Assembly: GCA_964472905.1 (NCBI GenBank)
Contig: CAYYMI010000001.1
Coordinates: forward strand, 9,663-73,662
DNA length: 64,000 nt
From: an uncultured Hellea sp.
GTDB taxonomy: Bacteria; Pseudomonadota; Alphaproteobacteria; Caulobacterales; Maricaulaceae
Direction: 5' to 3'
Below are positions 1-11,051 of the stretch, in pieces; the stretch's first letter is position 1; every line of letters starts with the position of its first letter. The translations under genes were made by a program, and so were the position numbers. A model generated the notes under the pieces. The model was not told where the DNA came from, searched no databases, and saw only the letters and a list, made by a program, of their open reading frames with translations.

Positions 1-997
1 GACAGTTTTTGAAAGTTTCGAAGCCGACTATCACCACCTAAAAACACATGTCCAAGTTTGGGATGTTGCTTGTGAACGACAAGTGGAAGTTAAAGGACCT
101 GACGCGACAAAATTAGTTCAAATGTTGACCCCTCGTAACCTCTCTAAAATGAAAGATGACCAGTGTTATTATATCCCTGTCGTTGATGAGAATGGCGGAA
201 TGTTAAATGACCCTGTCGCCGTAAAACACAGCGATGAGAGATGGTGGATTTCTATAGCTGACTCAGACCTCCTTTATTGGGTTAAAGGCCTTGCAACGGG
301 ACAAAAACTAAATGTCGATATTTTCGAACCCGATGTCTCGCCCTTAGGGATACAAGGCCCAAAGTCTGACGACCTCATGGCGCGAGTATTTGGCGAAGAT
401 ATCCGAGATTTAAAATTTTTCAGACATCGAAAAATTCGATTTAAGAATAAAGACTTCACAGTCGCTAGGTCTGGATATTCCGTTCAAGGGGGGTTTGAGA
501 TTTATGTCGATGGCGCTGAAAACGGCGAACCCATCTGGGATGCCTTATTTGAAGCTGGTACCGATCTCGACGTACGCGCAGGATGCCCCAATCTGATTGA
601 ACGTATTGAAGGCGGACTGCTATCATACGGCAATGATATGACCCTTGAAAATACACCATTTGAAGCCGGACTTGGTAAATTTTGTAAAGGCGCAGCCGCG
701 CAAGGTTGTATTGGGGCTCAAGCGCTTGAAGAAGATCGCAAAAATGGCCCCAAACGACAGATAAGAGGGTTATCGATCAATGGTGAAGCGCTTGCCCCCT
801 GCCAAAAACCATGGGAATTATTATCAGATGGACAACATGTTGGACAAATTACGTCAGCCGCATGGTCACCTGATTTAAAAACCAATGTCGCCATTGGTAT
901 GGTAGATCGCGATTTTTGGTTACCGGGAACTACGCTAGAGGTTAAAACCCCCTCAGGCATGCGCTCCGCAGACGTAACAAAACTACCTTTTCTTTAA
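1..997 (+). CDS. dmdA: Dimethylsulfoniopropionate (DMSP) demethylase, GcvT/aminomethyltransferase family; 5' end lies outside the window
   Basis: Frame is open from position 2 (TVFESFEADYHHLKTHVQVWDVACERQVEVKGPDA). Motifs QCYY-P-VD--GGMLNDPVAVK, EPDVSPL--QGP, RAGCPN-IER-E-GLLSYGNDMT and NVAIGMVDR closely match Roseobacter-type DmdA as I recall it. Confidence 0.85.
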   Translation, partial: TVFESFEADYHHLKTHVQVWDVACERQVEVKGPDATKLVQMLTPRNLSKMKDDQCYYIPVVDENGGMLNDPVAVKHSDERWWISIADSDLLYWVKGLATGQKLNVDIFEPDVSPLGIQGPKSDDLMARVFGEDIRDLKFFRHRKIRFKNKDFTVARSGYSVQGGFEIYVDGAENGEPIWDALFEAGTDLDVRAGCPNLIERIEGGLLSYGNDMTLENTPFEAGLGKFCKGAAAQGCIGAQALEEDRKNGPKRQIRGLSINGEALAPCQKPWELLSDGQHVGQITSAAWSPDLKTNVAIGMVDRDFWLPGTTLEVKTPSGMRSADVTKLPFL

Positions 998-999
998 AA

Positions 1000-2607
1000 T
1001 TAATTATCAGACGTAGTCTTTTGAAAAATCAGGGCTTTTATCAACGAAATAGCCATTAAAGCCATCACGACTGAGAATGGGAGCGCGCCGATAATCATAG
1101 CCGCGCGTAACGCATCCATCCCACCTGCAATTAAAAGTGTGGCAACGACGGCAACATAAATAAAACCCCATATAGCAATATGACGGGTGTGTTTTTGTGA
1201 TTGGTCACCCCCTGATGCCACTGTATTGATCACAAGAATTGCGGAGTCAGCCGAAGTCACAAGATAGGTTAGCAGTAGTATAACAATCACAAATGACATC
1301 AACTTAGCTAGCAAGGGTGATAAAATTAAATTTATGGTCTCGAAAAGCTGCGCTGAGATATCAGCATTAACAATAGCGCCATTGGCAATCCCTGCAAGTT
1401 CGAGATTAACAGCGGTACCGCCAACAAGCGCAAACCAGGTTAAACCCATAGCCGACGGAACAAACATGGCGCCTAAGACATATTCTCTTAAGCTACGTCC
1501 CCGCGAAACCCTTGCTAAAAACAAACCAACAAAAGGCGCAAAGGCTATCCACCAAGCCCAATAGAAAATTGTCCAAGCCCCTTGCCAATCAGCAAGTTTA
1601 CCTTCCTCCCAAACTGTAAAGGACATCGCAGGAAGGTTTACAAAATAATCCCATATGGCGGTAATGAAAGTTCGTCCAGCGAATAGCGTTGCTCCAAAAA
1701 TTGTAAAAAAAGCAAGTAAGAAGAATGACAGCCCCATATTTATATTGGAAAGCCACTTAATTCCTTTATTCACCCCCGACATTGCAGAGACTGTAGAAGC
1801 GCCTAATATTATAATTAAAGCTGTGAGCTGGGCTGCTAAGGTAGGTTTGCCATTTTCCGAGCTAATCCACTCTGCTCCGGTGAAATTAAAGACTCCAGAG
1901 GCAAATTGTGAAACACCATAACCAATGGTAACACTGACGCCAATAACTGTGGCAATAATGGCCACGATATCGACGATATGGCCTAAGGAACCAATCAACG
2001 CTTTTCCAAATAAAGGTTTTAAAGTCGATCTAAATGTTAGCGGTAGGTTTCGATTATAAGAGAAATAACCAAGAGCCATCCCGACTATTCCATAACACGC
2101 CCATGGTGTAAGCCCATAGTGCAGCATGGCCCATTTATAAGCATTACGAACATTATTAGGGTTTTGGGCGTCAGATAAGCCTTTGATGACATCCGGATTA
2201 TTCGCGAAATGAAAAATCGGTTCCGCAGTTGAATATGTCAACATCCCAACACCAATGCCCGCACCAAACATCATGGAAAACCAAGAAAACCTTGAAAACT
2301 CAGGCTTTTCTCCAGCGGAGCCGAACTTGATTTTTCCCGTCTTTGGCCACAACGCCAACGCTAGACACACAAGGAGGTAAAATGTCGTTACCCAAATATA
2401 CCAACCTCCAAAAGTCCCCGTTGTCCAGTTTTGAACATCGAGTAAAATCTTTCCAGCTTGTTTCGGAAAGAGGCCAGCCCATAATATCAGAAGCCCAATG
2501 AGTATTTTCGCCCCTATCGCAACGAACCGGTTGAATCCTTCGTAGAAGCCTGAGGCTTGCGTCTTAACAACGAAATCACTGTGATAAGCATTTGGCTGTT
2601 CTGACAT
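1000..2607 (-). CDS. BCCT-family (betaine/carnitine/choline/DMSP) transporter
   Basis: About 12 TM segments; KPEFSRFSWFSMMFGAGIGVG and WTIFYWAWWIAFAPFVGLFLARVSRGR signature motifs. Confidence 0.95.
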   Translation of the reverse strand: MSEQPNAYHSDFVVKTQASGFYEGFNRFVAIGAKILIGLLILWAGLFPKQAGKILLDVQNWTTGTFGGWYIWVTTFYLLVCLALALWPKTGKIKFGSAGEKPEFSRFSWFSMMFGAGIGVGMLTYSTAEPIFHFANNPDVIKGLSDAQNPNNVRNAYKWAMLHYGLTPWACYGIVGMALGYFSYNRNLPLTFRSTLKPLFGKALIGSLGHIVDIVAIIATVIGVSVTIGYGVSQFASGVFNFTGAEWISSENGKPTLAAQLTALIIILGASTVSAMSGVNKGIKWLSNINMGLSFFLLAFFTIFGATLFAGRTFITAIWDYFVNLPAMSFTVWEEGKLADWQGAWTIFYWAWWIAFAPFVGLFLARVSRGRSLREYVLGAMFVPSAMGLTWFALVGGTAVNLELAGIANGAIVNADISAQLFETINLILSPLLAKLMSFVIVILLLTYLVTSADSAILVINTVASGGDQSQKHTRHIAIWGFIYVAVVATLLIAGGMDALRAAMIIGALPFSVVMALMAISLIKALIFQKTTSDN

Positions 2608-2641
2608 AATAGATCCCGACTTTAATGAATTGATAGCGCGT

Positions 2642-3517
2642 TTAACGCTCTATCCGCTTTGCCAACTCGGCAATATGAGCGGGCCCAATCTCACAACACC
2701 CCCCAATAATACTTAACCCGCGATCAACCCAATTCATGACAAAATTGGCATAATCATTTGGCCCTAAATCTTTACGTGCCTTCAAACCTTCAACGGTTCC
2801 GCCCGCATCAAGCGCCGCAATAGATTGAAACCCATTGGCATAAGCGCCAGCCCGAGGGGAATATTCAACTAAAACATCTAACGCACGCTCAACAGTTTCT
2901 GGCATCGAACAATTTATCAGAACAGTCTCTATTCCAAGGTCGGTGACAGCTACAATCGCGTCCTGTAAAGGCTCTCCAGAACGAAGTTTGCCGGTAGCAT
3001 CATCATCAAGGGTAAAACTTAGCCATATTGGCTTGCCACTCTCAAGTCCTGCCCGTGCGGCTCCACGGCCTTCCTCGATTGTTCCAAGCGTTTCTGCCAT
3101 GAACATATCGACACCGTCATGTTGCAGTTCAACGAGCTGCATATATCTTTTGTAACTCTTGTCTTCTGAAAGGGCTAAATCAGTTTTGTAACTCGCAACC
3201 AATGGCGGAAGACATCCAGATATAAGCAAATCATTTCGGCCACTTTCACGCTTAGCCGTATGCGCAATCTCAATAGCCGCTTTATGTATAGGCTCTAAGA
3301 GATCAATTGTTGCATCTCTTGTGAGACGGTCTGGCGTTGCCGTATAATTATTCAGCATAATTATATCGGCGCCCGCATTGATAAAATCGAGATGGGCGGA
3401 TTGAACAATTTCTGGATTATCCAGCATGACACGTGTTGACCACAAAGGTGTAGGCGCAACGCCAGAACGGCGGGTCACTTCTTGCCCCATACCGCCATCT
3501 AATAAGGTTATTGACAT
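2642..3517 (-). CDS. Homocysteine S-methyltransferase family protein (BHMT/MmuM-like)
   Basis: N-terminal LLDGGMG, HLDFINAGAD, Zn ligands INC and IIGGCC. Confidence 0.9.
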   Translation of the reverse strand: MSITLLDGGMGQEVTRRSGVAPTPLWSTRVMLDNPEIVQSAHLDFINAGADIIMLNNYTATPDRLTRDATIDLLEPIHKAAIEIAHTAKRESGRNDLLISGCLPPLVASYKTDLALSEDKSYKRYMQLVELQHDGVDMFMAETLGTIEEGRGAARAGLESGKPIWLSFTLDDDATGKLRSGEPLQDAIVAVTDLGIETVLINCSMPETVERALDVLVEYSPRAGAYANGFQSIAALDAGGTVEGLKARKDLGPNDYANFVMNWVDRGLSIIGGCCEIGPAHIAELAKRIER

Positions 3518-4059
3518 TAAGTTGTTATCACTCGTTTAAAATAATCTCTCATATAAGGCCCGAAAGATCGCCAACATTCAAGATGAAATGACGTCTCGCC
3601 CGTTCGAAAGAGCACAATTGATGCGCTTTCAAAAACCGTCCGCGTTGCCTTACCAATAGGAAATTTGTCTAATGAGAGATCCTGAGGGCACCCAACATTA
3701 ATTAAAGCCTCCGCCCCCTGTCCTTGAATATCAAACCCGACATTCCGGTGAGAAATATTCGTAACACTACATATCATTTTATCAGACGTATTTGCTAGTT
3801 TTTCAGCCAATTCTTTAGCTTCTGACGGTAAAGCTATAACAAGCCACTCATCAGGTCCAAGACAAAGACAGTTTCGTTTCTGTGTGGACGTTAGCTGATT
3901 AATTTGCTCTGGGAGTTTTAACCCAGTTATTTTTTTGAATTCAGCTAAATCCTCAGCTTTTATCCGCAGGCTGTATCTAATTATCTCATCCACTAATGCA
4001 ATCGTTACATTATTGGAAGACAGCTCGGCTGGAATATCAATGTCCTGATCAAACAACAT
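3517..4059 (-). CDS. soxG: Sarcosine oxidase subunit gamma
   Basis: LGPDEWL and GCPQDL motifs, CWRSF; follows soxA; start moved to the ATG overlapping the end of soxA. Confidence 0.9.
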   Translation of the reverse strand: MLFDQDIDIPAELSSNNVTIALVDEIIRYSLRIKAEDLAEFKKITGLKLPEQINQLTSTQKRNCLCLGPDEWLVIALPSEAKELAEKLANTSDKMICSVTNISHRNVGFDIQGQGAEALINVGCPQDLSLDKFPIGKATRTVFESASIVLFRTGETSFHLECWRSFGPYMRDYFKRVITT

Positions 4060-7009
4060 TGAGGCGCTCTCCTTTAGGGTCATAAAATACAGGCTTCACA
4101 ACTTTTGCTTTGATGACTTCATTGGGCATTGGGATATGCAGTGTTTCATCCATGAGGTTAAATCCATCTCGGACAAGTGCCATGGCAATAGATCGTCCAA
4201 GTGGCTCGCTCCAATAACTCGATGTAACATGCCCTAGCATATCCATCGGTATAGATTGGTTAGGATCATTTACAATTTGAGCGCCTTCTTCCAAAACTGT
4301 ATTTGGATTTTCAGTTAACAGCCCCACTAAATGTTTTCGGCCACTCGCAACCAAATCAGATCGCATAAGGGAACGCTTGCCGACAAAATCTCTCTTCTTT
4401 TTTGATACCGCCCACGACATGCCTGCATCATGGGCAGTGACTGTCCCATCGGTGTCTTGACCAACAATGATGAACCCTTTTTCAGCCCGCAGGACATGCA
4501 TAGTTTCAGTGCCATATGGGCAGATGTTATATTTCTGCCCAGCTTCAAAAAGAGTTTCCCAAACAGCTTTTCCGTAATGAGTTGGCACATTAATCTCAAA
4601 ACCCAACTCGCCTGTAAAACTCACACGGAAAAGACGCGTTGGAACGCCGCAAATTTTTCCTTCAAGTAAGGTCATGTGCGGAAAGGCATCTGGCGACAAA
4701 TCAATACCTTCAACGAAGGGGTCGATAAGTTTACGAGCATTCGGGCCATTAATCGCAATAACAGCCCATTGCTCCGTTGTGGAGGTCAACCAAACATCTA
4801 AATGCGGAAACTCAGTCTGTAGATAATCTTCCATATGGCGATAAACGCGTGGCGCGCCGCCTGTCGTTGTTGTCACATGAAAACGATCATCTGCCATTCT
4901 ACCTACAACACCGTCATCGTAAATATAGCCATCTTCAAGAGTCATTAAACCATAACGGCATCCACCAACGGGCAACGAACTCCATGGATTGGTGTACATG
5001 AGGTTCATGAATTTAGCGGCGTCAGGGCCTACAACTTCTATCTTACCTAATGTAGAGGCATCAAATACACCTAAGCTTTCACGTGTTGCTTTGCATTCAC
5101 GTGCAACAGCGGCGTGCATATCCTCGCCTTTTTGAGGAAAGTACCATGCCCGGCGCCAATGGCCAACAGGTTCAAATTCAGCGCCATAAGATTCAGCCCA
5201 TGGATCAATCGCGGTTTTTCTAACTGGATCGAAGAGTTCCTTATCTCGATACCCAATAAATGTTCCAAAAGTTGTCGGCGTATATGGCGGCCTAAAAGTT
5301 GTGAGCCCGACTTTTTCAATAGGTTTCCCAACCGCTTTAGAGGCTATTTCTAAAGCATTTAAATTTGAAGTCTTACCTTGGTCGGTTGCCATTCCATTAG
5401 TCGTATAACGTTTGACATGCTCGATGGATTTAAAACCCTCACGCACAGCGAGCTTAATGTCTTTTTCAGTCACATCATTTTGAAAATCGACAAAAGCTTT
5501 TTGTTTAGAAACATCCAGATAATTTGGAACGGAATTTAGTACAGTTCCCATACCAAAAGCAGGTTCACTGACATTATATCGTTTACGGCTCCCGCCCGCT
5601 TTAGACCCGTCATTCAAAGCATCACCAATACCAAAATTGCCATTACACGCCCCAATGCAAATAGCGTCCTCATTTGCTTTATCCGGTATATAAGCAGCCA
5701 AGTCAGCATCCCACTTAATCCCGCCTTTTGAATGCGACCATAAATGCAAACTAGGTGTCCATCCAGATGACATGATTAGGGCATCACATTTGATAGTTTT
5801 TTTCTCGCGTGTCGTGGGATGATAAACTTCGAGAGATTTAATGCGTAGTTTACCAGCCGTTTTAGATATCGACGCTCCTGTTATAAGCTCAATACCTCTA
5901 CGCTGAACTTCAGATATCAACTCTGTAGAAATCCCATTTCGGGCATCTATGATGACCGGAATTCGAATATTTGCATCTGAAAGATCAAATGCAGCTTGGT
6001 ATGCGCTGTCATGGGAGGTGAAAACGGCTACCTCGTTACCCACAGCTACGCCATATTTATTCAAATATGTTTGAGCCGCCGAAGCTAGCATAACACCCGG
6101 CCGGTCATTTCCATTAAACACTAGTGGTCGTTCTATTCCGCCTTGCGCCAGAATAACCTTCTTGGCTCGAATACGATGAAGTCTCTCTCTCGCTTTACCC
6201 GGAATTACGCTAGGAATATGATCCGTTAGACGCTCAGCCAAAGCTACAAAATTTCCATGCCAATACCCTATGGCTGTCGTCCTAGGCATGAGAGTTACAT
6301 TTTCAGCTTTCGCTAATTTTACTAGCGTTTTCGAAACCCAGCTTGTCGCCGTCATTCCATCTATTTCAATCATTGGCGTTGAGAGTAGGCTTCCGCCTAA
6401 CTCAGCTTGCTCATCTACGAGAATAACACGGCCACCTTTTTTCATCGCCGCGAGTGCCGCCGCTAGGCCTGCGGCCCCGGCGCCTATTATAAGCGTTTCG
6501 CAATGTCCATACGTACTCGCGTAAACATCTGGGTCTTCGGCGAGTGGAGCTGGCCCTAGCCCCGCCATATTACGAATAAAAGGCTCATAGACTTTATCCC
6601 AAAAGCTTTTAGGCCAGAGAAAGGTTTTATTATAAAACCCTGCCGGAAAAAAACTGGAAAATGTATTGTTGAAAGCTCCAATATCCATCTTTAAATTTGG
6701 ATATCTATTTTGGCTATTGGCGACCAAACCTTCAAAAATTTCTAAAGCTGTCGCCCTAACATTCGGCGTAACTCGCCCAGTACCGCGATCAAACGCAACA
6801 ATCGCATTAGGCTCTTCGGAACCCGCACCTACAACACCGCGTGGACGATGATATTTAAAACTCCGTCCCATTAAATGCACGCCATTGGCTAATAGTGCAG
6901 ATGCCAAAGTGTCCCCAGCAAGACCCGTATAAGGTTTCCCATCAAAGGTAAATTTTATGACTTGCTGAGCTTCAACAACACCACAGCCAGATTTACGAAA
7001 GGCGCTCAT
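4049..7009 (-). CDS. soxA: Sarcosine oxidase subunit alpha
   Basis: GDTLASALLANG, RSFKYHRPRG, KRYTTNGMATDQGK, C-terminal GcvT folate-binding domain. Confidence 0.97.
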   Translation of the reverse strand: MSAFRKSGCGVVEAQQVIKFTFDGKPYTGLAGDTLASALLANGVHLMGRSFKYHRPRGVVGAGSEEPNAIVAFDRGTGRVTPNVRATALEIFEGLVANSQNRYPNLKMDIGAFNNTFSSFFPAGFYNKTFLWPKSFWDKVYEPFIRNMAGLGPAPLAEDPDVYASTYGHCETLIIGAGAAGLAAALAAMKKGGRVILVDEQAELGGSLLSTPMIEIDGMTATSWVSKTLVKLAKAENVTLMPRTTAIGYWHGNFVALAERLTDHIPSVIPGKARERLHRIRAKKVILAQGGIERPLVFNGNDRPGVMLASAAQTYLNKYGVAVGNEVAVFTSHDSAYQAAFDLSDANIRIPVIIDARNGISTELISEVQRRGIELITGASISKTAGKLRIKSLEVYHPTTREKKTIKCDALIMSSGWTPSLHLWSHSKGGIKWDADLAAYIPDKANEDAICIGACNGNFGIGDALNDGSKAGGSRKRYNVSEPAFGMGTVLNSVPNYLDVSKQKAFVDFQNDVTEKDIKLAVREGFKSIEHVKRYTTNGMATDQGKTSNLNALEIASKAVGKPIEKVGLTTFRPPYTPTTFGTFIGYRDKELFDPVRKTAIDPWAESYGAEFEPVGHWRRAWYFPQKGEDMHAAVARECKATRESLGVFDASTLGKIEVVGPDAAKFMNLMYTNPWSSLPVGGCRYGLMTLEDGYIYDDGVVGRMADDRFHVTTTTGGAPRVYRHMEDYLQTEFPHLDVWLTSTTEQWAVIAINGPNARKLIDPFVEGIDLSPDAFPHMTLLEGKICGVPTRLFRVSFTGELGFEINVPTHYGKAVWETLFEAGQKYNICPYGTETMHVLRAEKGFIIVGQDTDGTVTAHDAGMSWAVSKKKRDFVGKRSLMRSDLVASGRKHLVGLLTENPNTVLEEGAQIVNDPNQSIPMDMLGHVTSSYWSEPLGRSIAMALVRDGFNLMDETLHIPMPNEVIKAKVVKPVFYDPKGERLNVV

Positions 7010-7314
7010 TTCTTAGCAGCCTTAATGGCATCATCGATCGGCCGAGGCTCGCCCATTTTATAGGTTATAATAAATTTATCATTTACTGTGTTTCTGATGG
7101 CATTAAAGAACATATTGCACCCGGCATTATGCCACCACCGTTCCGCATGTTCTCCGCGAACATTATCTCTAATGAACATATATTTTGACCAGTCTTCGTC
7201 ACTCATTTCAGCTTGTCGCTTTGACTTAGGACGAACAATGTGCGCTTCGCCAGCATAGGCAAATTCTATTTCTGCGCGCTTTTCGTGACAATAGGGACAA
7301 TAAATTTCAAACAT
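7006..7314 (-). CDS. soxD: Sarcosine oxidase subunit delta
   Basis: CPYC Zn motif, EF-YAGEAH--RP, ERWWH--GC; start moved to MFEIYCPYC. Confidence 0.95.
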   Translation of the reverse strand: MFEIYCPYCHEKRAEIEFAYAGEAHIVRPKSKRQAEMSDEDWSKYMFIRDNVRGEHAERWWHNAGCNMFFNAIRNTVNDKFIITYKMGEPRPIDDAIKAAKK

Positions 7315-7324
7315 GTCTAAACTC

Positions 7325-8575
7325 TTAATGTGCCACTGCGGCCGCGGCGGCTTCATCAATTAAGCGACCACCTATAAAACGGTCTAAATTAAAAGGCGCA
7401 TTGATTTTATGCGGCGCGTCATGTGAAATTGTATAGGCCAGCATATTTGCGGCTCCCGGTGTAGCTTTAAAGCCGCCCGTTCCCCATCCACAATTGACGT
7501 ATAATCCTTGTACAGGCGTCTTACCAACAATAGGTGAGCGATCAGGCGTTACATCAACAATACCGCCCCATGATCTAAGCATGCGCATGCGTTTAAATAT
7601 CGGGAATATCTCACAAATTGACATAATGTTATGTTCTTGAAGATGTAAGGCTCCACGTTGGCTGTAGCTCGTATACTGATCTGTACCAGCCCCAATGACT
7701 AGCTCCCCTTTATCGGACTGACTAATATAGGCATGAACCGCATTAGACATAACGACACAAGGCATAACAGGTTTAACAGGCTCAGAGACTAAAGCTTGTA
7801 AAGGGTAACTTTCTAACGGAAACCGCAGCCCCGCCATTTCCATTACAACTGAGGTATTACCTGCAGCAGAAACACCAACTTTCGTCGAGCCAATAAACCC
7901 TTTTTCTGTTTCTACGCCTTCTACACTGCCATCCACGCCGCGCCGTATACCCGTCACCATACAGTTCTGGATAATATCTACGCCCAGCTTTGAAGCTGCT
8001 CTTGCGTATCCCCACGCCACACTATCATGCCGCGCTGTGCCAGCCCGCATTTGCAACGCTCCCCCCATAACTGGATAACGTTTGCCAGGTGATAAATCTA
8101 AGGGTGGACAAAAAGTTTTGCATTCCTCAGGTGTTAGCCATTTATTATCAACGCCGTTTAATCTATTGGCATGAACATGGCGTTGAAAGCTTTGAACATC
8201 ATGAACATTATGGGCAAGCATCAGCACGCCGCGCTTTGAGAACATAAGATTATAATTTAGCTCTTGTCCTAAGCCGTCCCACAGATCGACCGCATGATCA
8301 TAAAGCGCGGCGCTTTCATCAAATAAATAATTGGAACGTATAATCGTTGTATTGCGACCTGTATTCCCGCCGCCTATCCAGCCTTTTTCCAAAACGGCTA
8401 CATTAGTAATTCCATATCGTTTAGCCAAATAATATGCTGCGCCCAGCCCATGACCGCCACCGCCAACAATAATAGCATCATAGGATTTTTTAGGTTCCTT
8501 ATCAGGGAATTGCACAGGCCACTTTTTATGACCTGATAGCGCATTCGCAAAAAGGCTAGCGGCTGAATACTTCAT
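7325..8575 (-). CDS. soxB: Sarcosine oxidase subunit beta
   Basis: GGGGHGL FAD motif, [28 protein letters not shown]-terminal AAAVAH. Confidence 0.97.
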   Translation of the reverse strand: MKYSAASLFANALSGHKKWPVQFPDKEPKKSYDAIIVGGGGHGLGAAYYLAKRYGITNVAVLEKGWIGGGNTGRNTTIIRSNYLFDESAALYDHAVDLWDGLGQELNYNLMFSKRGVLMLAHNVHDVQSFQRHVHANRLNGVDNKWLTPEECKTFCPPLDLSPGKRYPVMGGALQMRAGTARHDSVAWGYARAASKLGVDIIQNCMVTGIRRGVDGSVEGVETEKGFIGSTKVGVSAAGNTSVVMEMAGLRFPLESYPLQALVSEPVKPVMPCVVMSNAVHAYISQSDKGELVIGAGTDQYTSYSQRGALHLQEHNIMSICEIFPIFKRMRMLRSWGGIVDVTPDRSPIVGKTPVQGLYVNCGWGTGGFKATPGAANMLAYTISHDAPHKINAPFNLDRFIGGRLIDEAAAAAVAH

Positions 8576-8577
8576 GA

Positions 8578-11025
8578 TTAGGCTCGAAGCTTCTCATTCG
8601 TTGGATCATGGGGGCTATCTTCCAGGACCCGACACTTATATCTTTTTCCAAGAATTTCTATCTCTAAATCGGTACCTATTTCAGAAACTGTAGGATGAAC
8701 CATACCTAATGCGAGAGATTTGTTCATCCGCCATCCAAAGCCGCCACCTGTAGCACGTCCAACGACTTTACCATCCTTATAGATTGGATTGTTTCCGATG
8801 ACGTCCGCATCATCAACTTCCATAACCTCCAAAGTCACAAAGGCATTATCAAACCCACGTTTTTCCCATTCTAGCAAAGCTTCCTTACCCAAAAACCCGC
8901 CTTTCTTTTTCAAACTCACAAATCGGTGCAATCCGCTTTCATAAGCTGAATACTCGATAGACATTTCTGTCCCAACTAAGCGGTATGATTTTTCAAGCCG
9001 CATAGAATTCATGGCGCGAATACCGAAGGGTTTTAAACCATATTTCTCACCTGCTTTGAAAAGTGCATCAAAAATATGATTTTGATATTCAATCGGGTGA
9101 TGGATTTCCCATCCAAGTTCGCCGACAAAGTTTACGCGTAAAAGCTTACAAGGCGCATGCCCGACATAGGTCTCCTGTCCTGTTAACCAAGGAAAGGTTT
9201 CGTTTGACAAATTAGATCCGCAAATAGGTTGTAATAAATCACGAGCTTTAGGCCCAGCAAGAACCAAAACACCCATAGAATTCGTCAAATCAGTCATCTG
9301 AACCGTACCATCATTTGGCATATGTTTTTTTAGCCAATCATGATCGAGGCGGTGATTAGCACCAGCAGACACAAGGTAGAAGCTTTCCTTACTTTCACGT
9401 TGCACCGTAAATTCAGAATGCACGCCGCCTTTAGAGGTCAAACCATGACAAAGCGCCAGTTTACCGGGCGCAACAGGCATTTTTTGAGCCAACATATAAT
9501 TAAGCCACTTACGGGCACCCGGCCCTTGGATACGGCATTTAGCAAAAGCCGTCATATCCAGCAGGCCAACATTTTCAGCAACATTTTTGCATTCATTTCC
9601 GACATGTTCAAAATAATTTGACCGGCGGAATGACCAATGATCTTCTTGAGCAACACCTTCAGGCGCAAACCAGTTTGGGCGTTCCCAACCAAATAATTGA
9701 CCAAAGACAGCCCCTTTGTCTTTCATGCGGTCATAACAAGGGGACGTTCTTAGGGGACGTGCTGCCGAGCGCTCTTCATCTGGATAATGAACCGTGAAGA
9801 CATCAGCATAAGCTTCTTCATTCTTTTCAATGAGATATGATTTCGTCGCATATGGACCAAAGCGGCGAGGATCAACGCCTAACATATCAACAGTTGGTTC
9901 ACCTTCGACAATCCATTCAGCCAACTGCCACCCTGCTCCGCCAGCCGCTGTAATCCCAAAGCTATGACCTTCATTGAGCCAAAAGTTCTTTTTATCCCAA
10001 GCGGGCCCGACAATTGGATTACCGTCGGGGGTATAAGCAATCGCGCCGTTGTACACTTTCTTAACACCCAAATCTTCAAAGATAGGTACGCGGTTAATGG
10101 CGCTTTCTATGTGTGGCATCAAACGGTCAATATCTTCTTGGAATAATTCATATTCAGATTGATCATCTGGCCCATCAACGTAACAGGCCGGAGCGCCATG
10201 TTCATAAGGCCCCAAGATTAAACCTCCAGCCTCTTCGCGCATATACCACGACCCATCTGATTCACGTAGGACTCCAAGCTCAGGCAAACCTTGCTCTTTA
10301 CGTTTTTGAATTTCAGGATGGGCTTCCGTGACGATATATTGATGCTCAACGGGAACAACCGGAATATCAAGTCCTATCATCTCACCTGTCTTACGTGCAA
10401 AGGATCCCGTACAAGATACAACGTGCTCGGCGATAATTTCACCTTTGTCTGTCGTGATTTTCCAGCATTCGTCTTCTAACTGTTCAATAGCGATAACCGT
10501 TGTATTCCGATGTATCTTTCCTCCGCCCGCTCTCGCGCCTATCGCAAAGGCTTGGGTAAGGTCAGCAGGCTGTACATAACCATCTTCAGGATGTCTTATC
10601 GCCCCAATTAATCCGTCTTTTTTGGCAAATGGCCAAATGTCAATGACCTCTTCAGGAGTCAGGAAATCAACTTGAACGCCAATGGTCTGGGCAACCCCAG
10701 CATATTGATGATACTCATCCATTCTATCTTGGTTTGTTGCTAGCCTTATATTAGAGACAGGACGAATACCGACGTCTTGGCCGGTTTCTTCTTCTAGAGA
10801 TTTATAAAGTTCTACGGAATATTTATGGAGCTGTCCCACAGAGTAACTCATATTAAACAAAGGCAGAAGCCCCGCAGCGTGCCACGTCGAGCCAGATGTC
10901 AATTCCTTTCGTTCAAAAAGGACGCAGTCCGACCACCCTTTTTTTACAAGGTGATATAGGGTTGAGACGCCTACAACGCCCCCGCCAATAACGACTACTT
11001 TTGCTGTCGATTGAATATCGCTCAT
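8578..11025 (-). CDS. Dimethylglycine dehydrogenase-like FAD oxidoreductase with GcvT domain
   Basis: [18 protein letters not shown] (covalent FAD His), GWERPNWF, C-terminal aminomethyltransferase domain; lies directly upstream of soxB. Confidence 0.88.
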   Translation of the reverse strand: MSDIQSTAKVVVIGGGVVGVSTLYHLVKKGWSDCVLFERKELTSGSTWHAAGLLPLFNMSYSVGQLHKYSVELYKSLEEETGQDVGIRPVSNIRLATNQDRMDEYHQYAGVAQTIGVQVDFLTPEEVIDIWPFAKKDGLIGAIRHPEDGYVQPADLTQAFAIGARAGGGKIHRNTTVIAIEQLEDECWKITTDKGEIIAEHVVSCTGSFARKTGEMIGLDIPVVPVEHQYIVTEAHPEIQKRKEQGLPELGVLRESDGSWYMREEAGGLILGPYEHGAPACYVDGPDDQSEYELFQEDIDRLMPHIESAINRVPIFEDLGVKKVYNGAIAYTPDGNPIVGPAWDKKNFWLNEGHSFGITAAGGAGWQLAEWIVEGEPTVDMLGVDPRRFGPYATKSYLIEKNEEAYADVFTVHYPDEERSAARPLRTSPCYDRMKDKGAVFGQLFGWERPNWFAPEGVAQEDHWSFRRSNYFEHVGNECKNVAENVGLLDMTAFAKCRIQGPGARKWLNYMLAQKMPVAPGKLALCHGLTSKGGVHSEFTVQRESKESFYLVSAGANHRLDHDWLKKHMPNDGTVQMTDLTNSMGVLVLAGPKARDLLQPICGSNLSNETFPWLTGQETYVGHAPCKLLRVNFVGELGWEIHHPIEYQNHIFDALFKAGEKYGLKPFGIRAMNSMRLEKSYRLVGTEMSIEYSAYESGLHRFVSLKKKGGFLGKEALLEWEKRGFDNAFVTLEVMEVDDADVIGNNPIYKDGKVVGRATGGGFGWRMNKSLALGMVHPTVSEIGTDLEIEILGKRYKCRVLEDSPHDPTNEKLRA

Positions 11026-11051
11026 TAACTACAACCTTAACTTAGATTATC

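Noticed and set aside
3517-8575. sox genes as sulfur oxidation (Sox) genes
   Set aside because: The motifs are those of heterotetrameric sarcosine oxidase; only the name is shared
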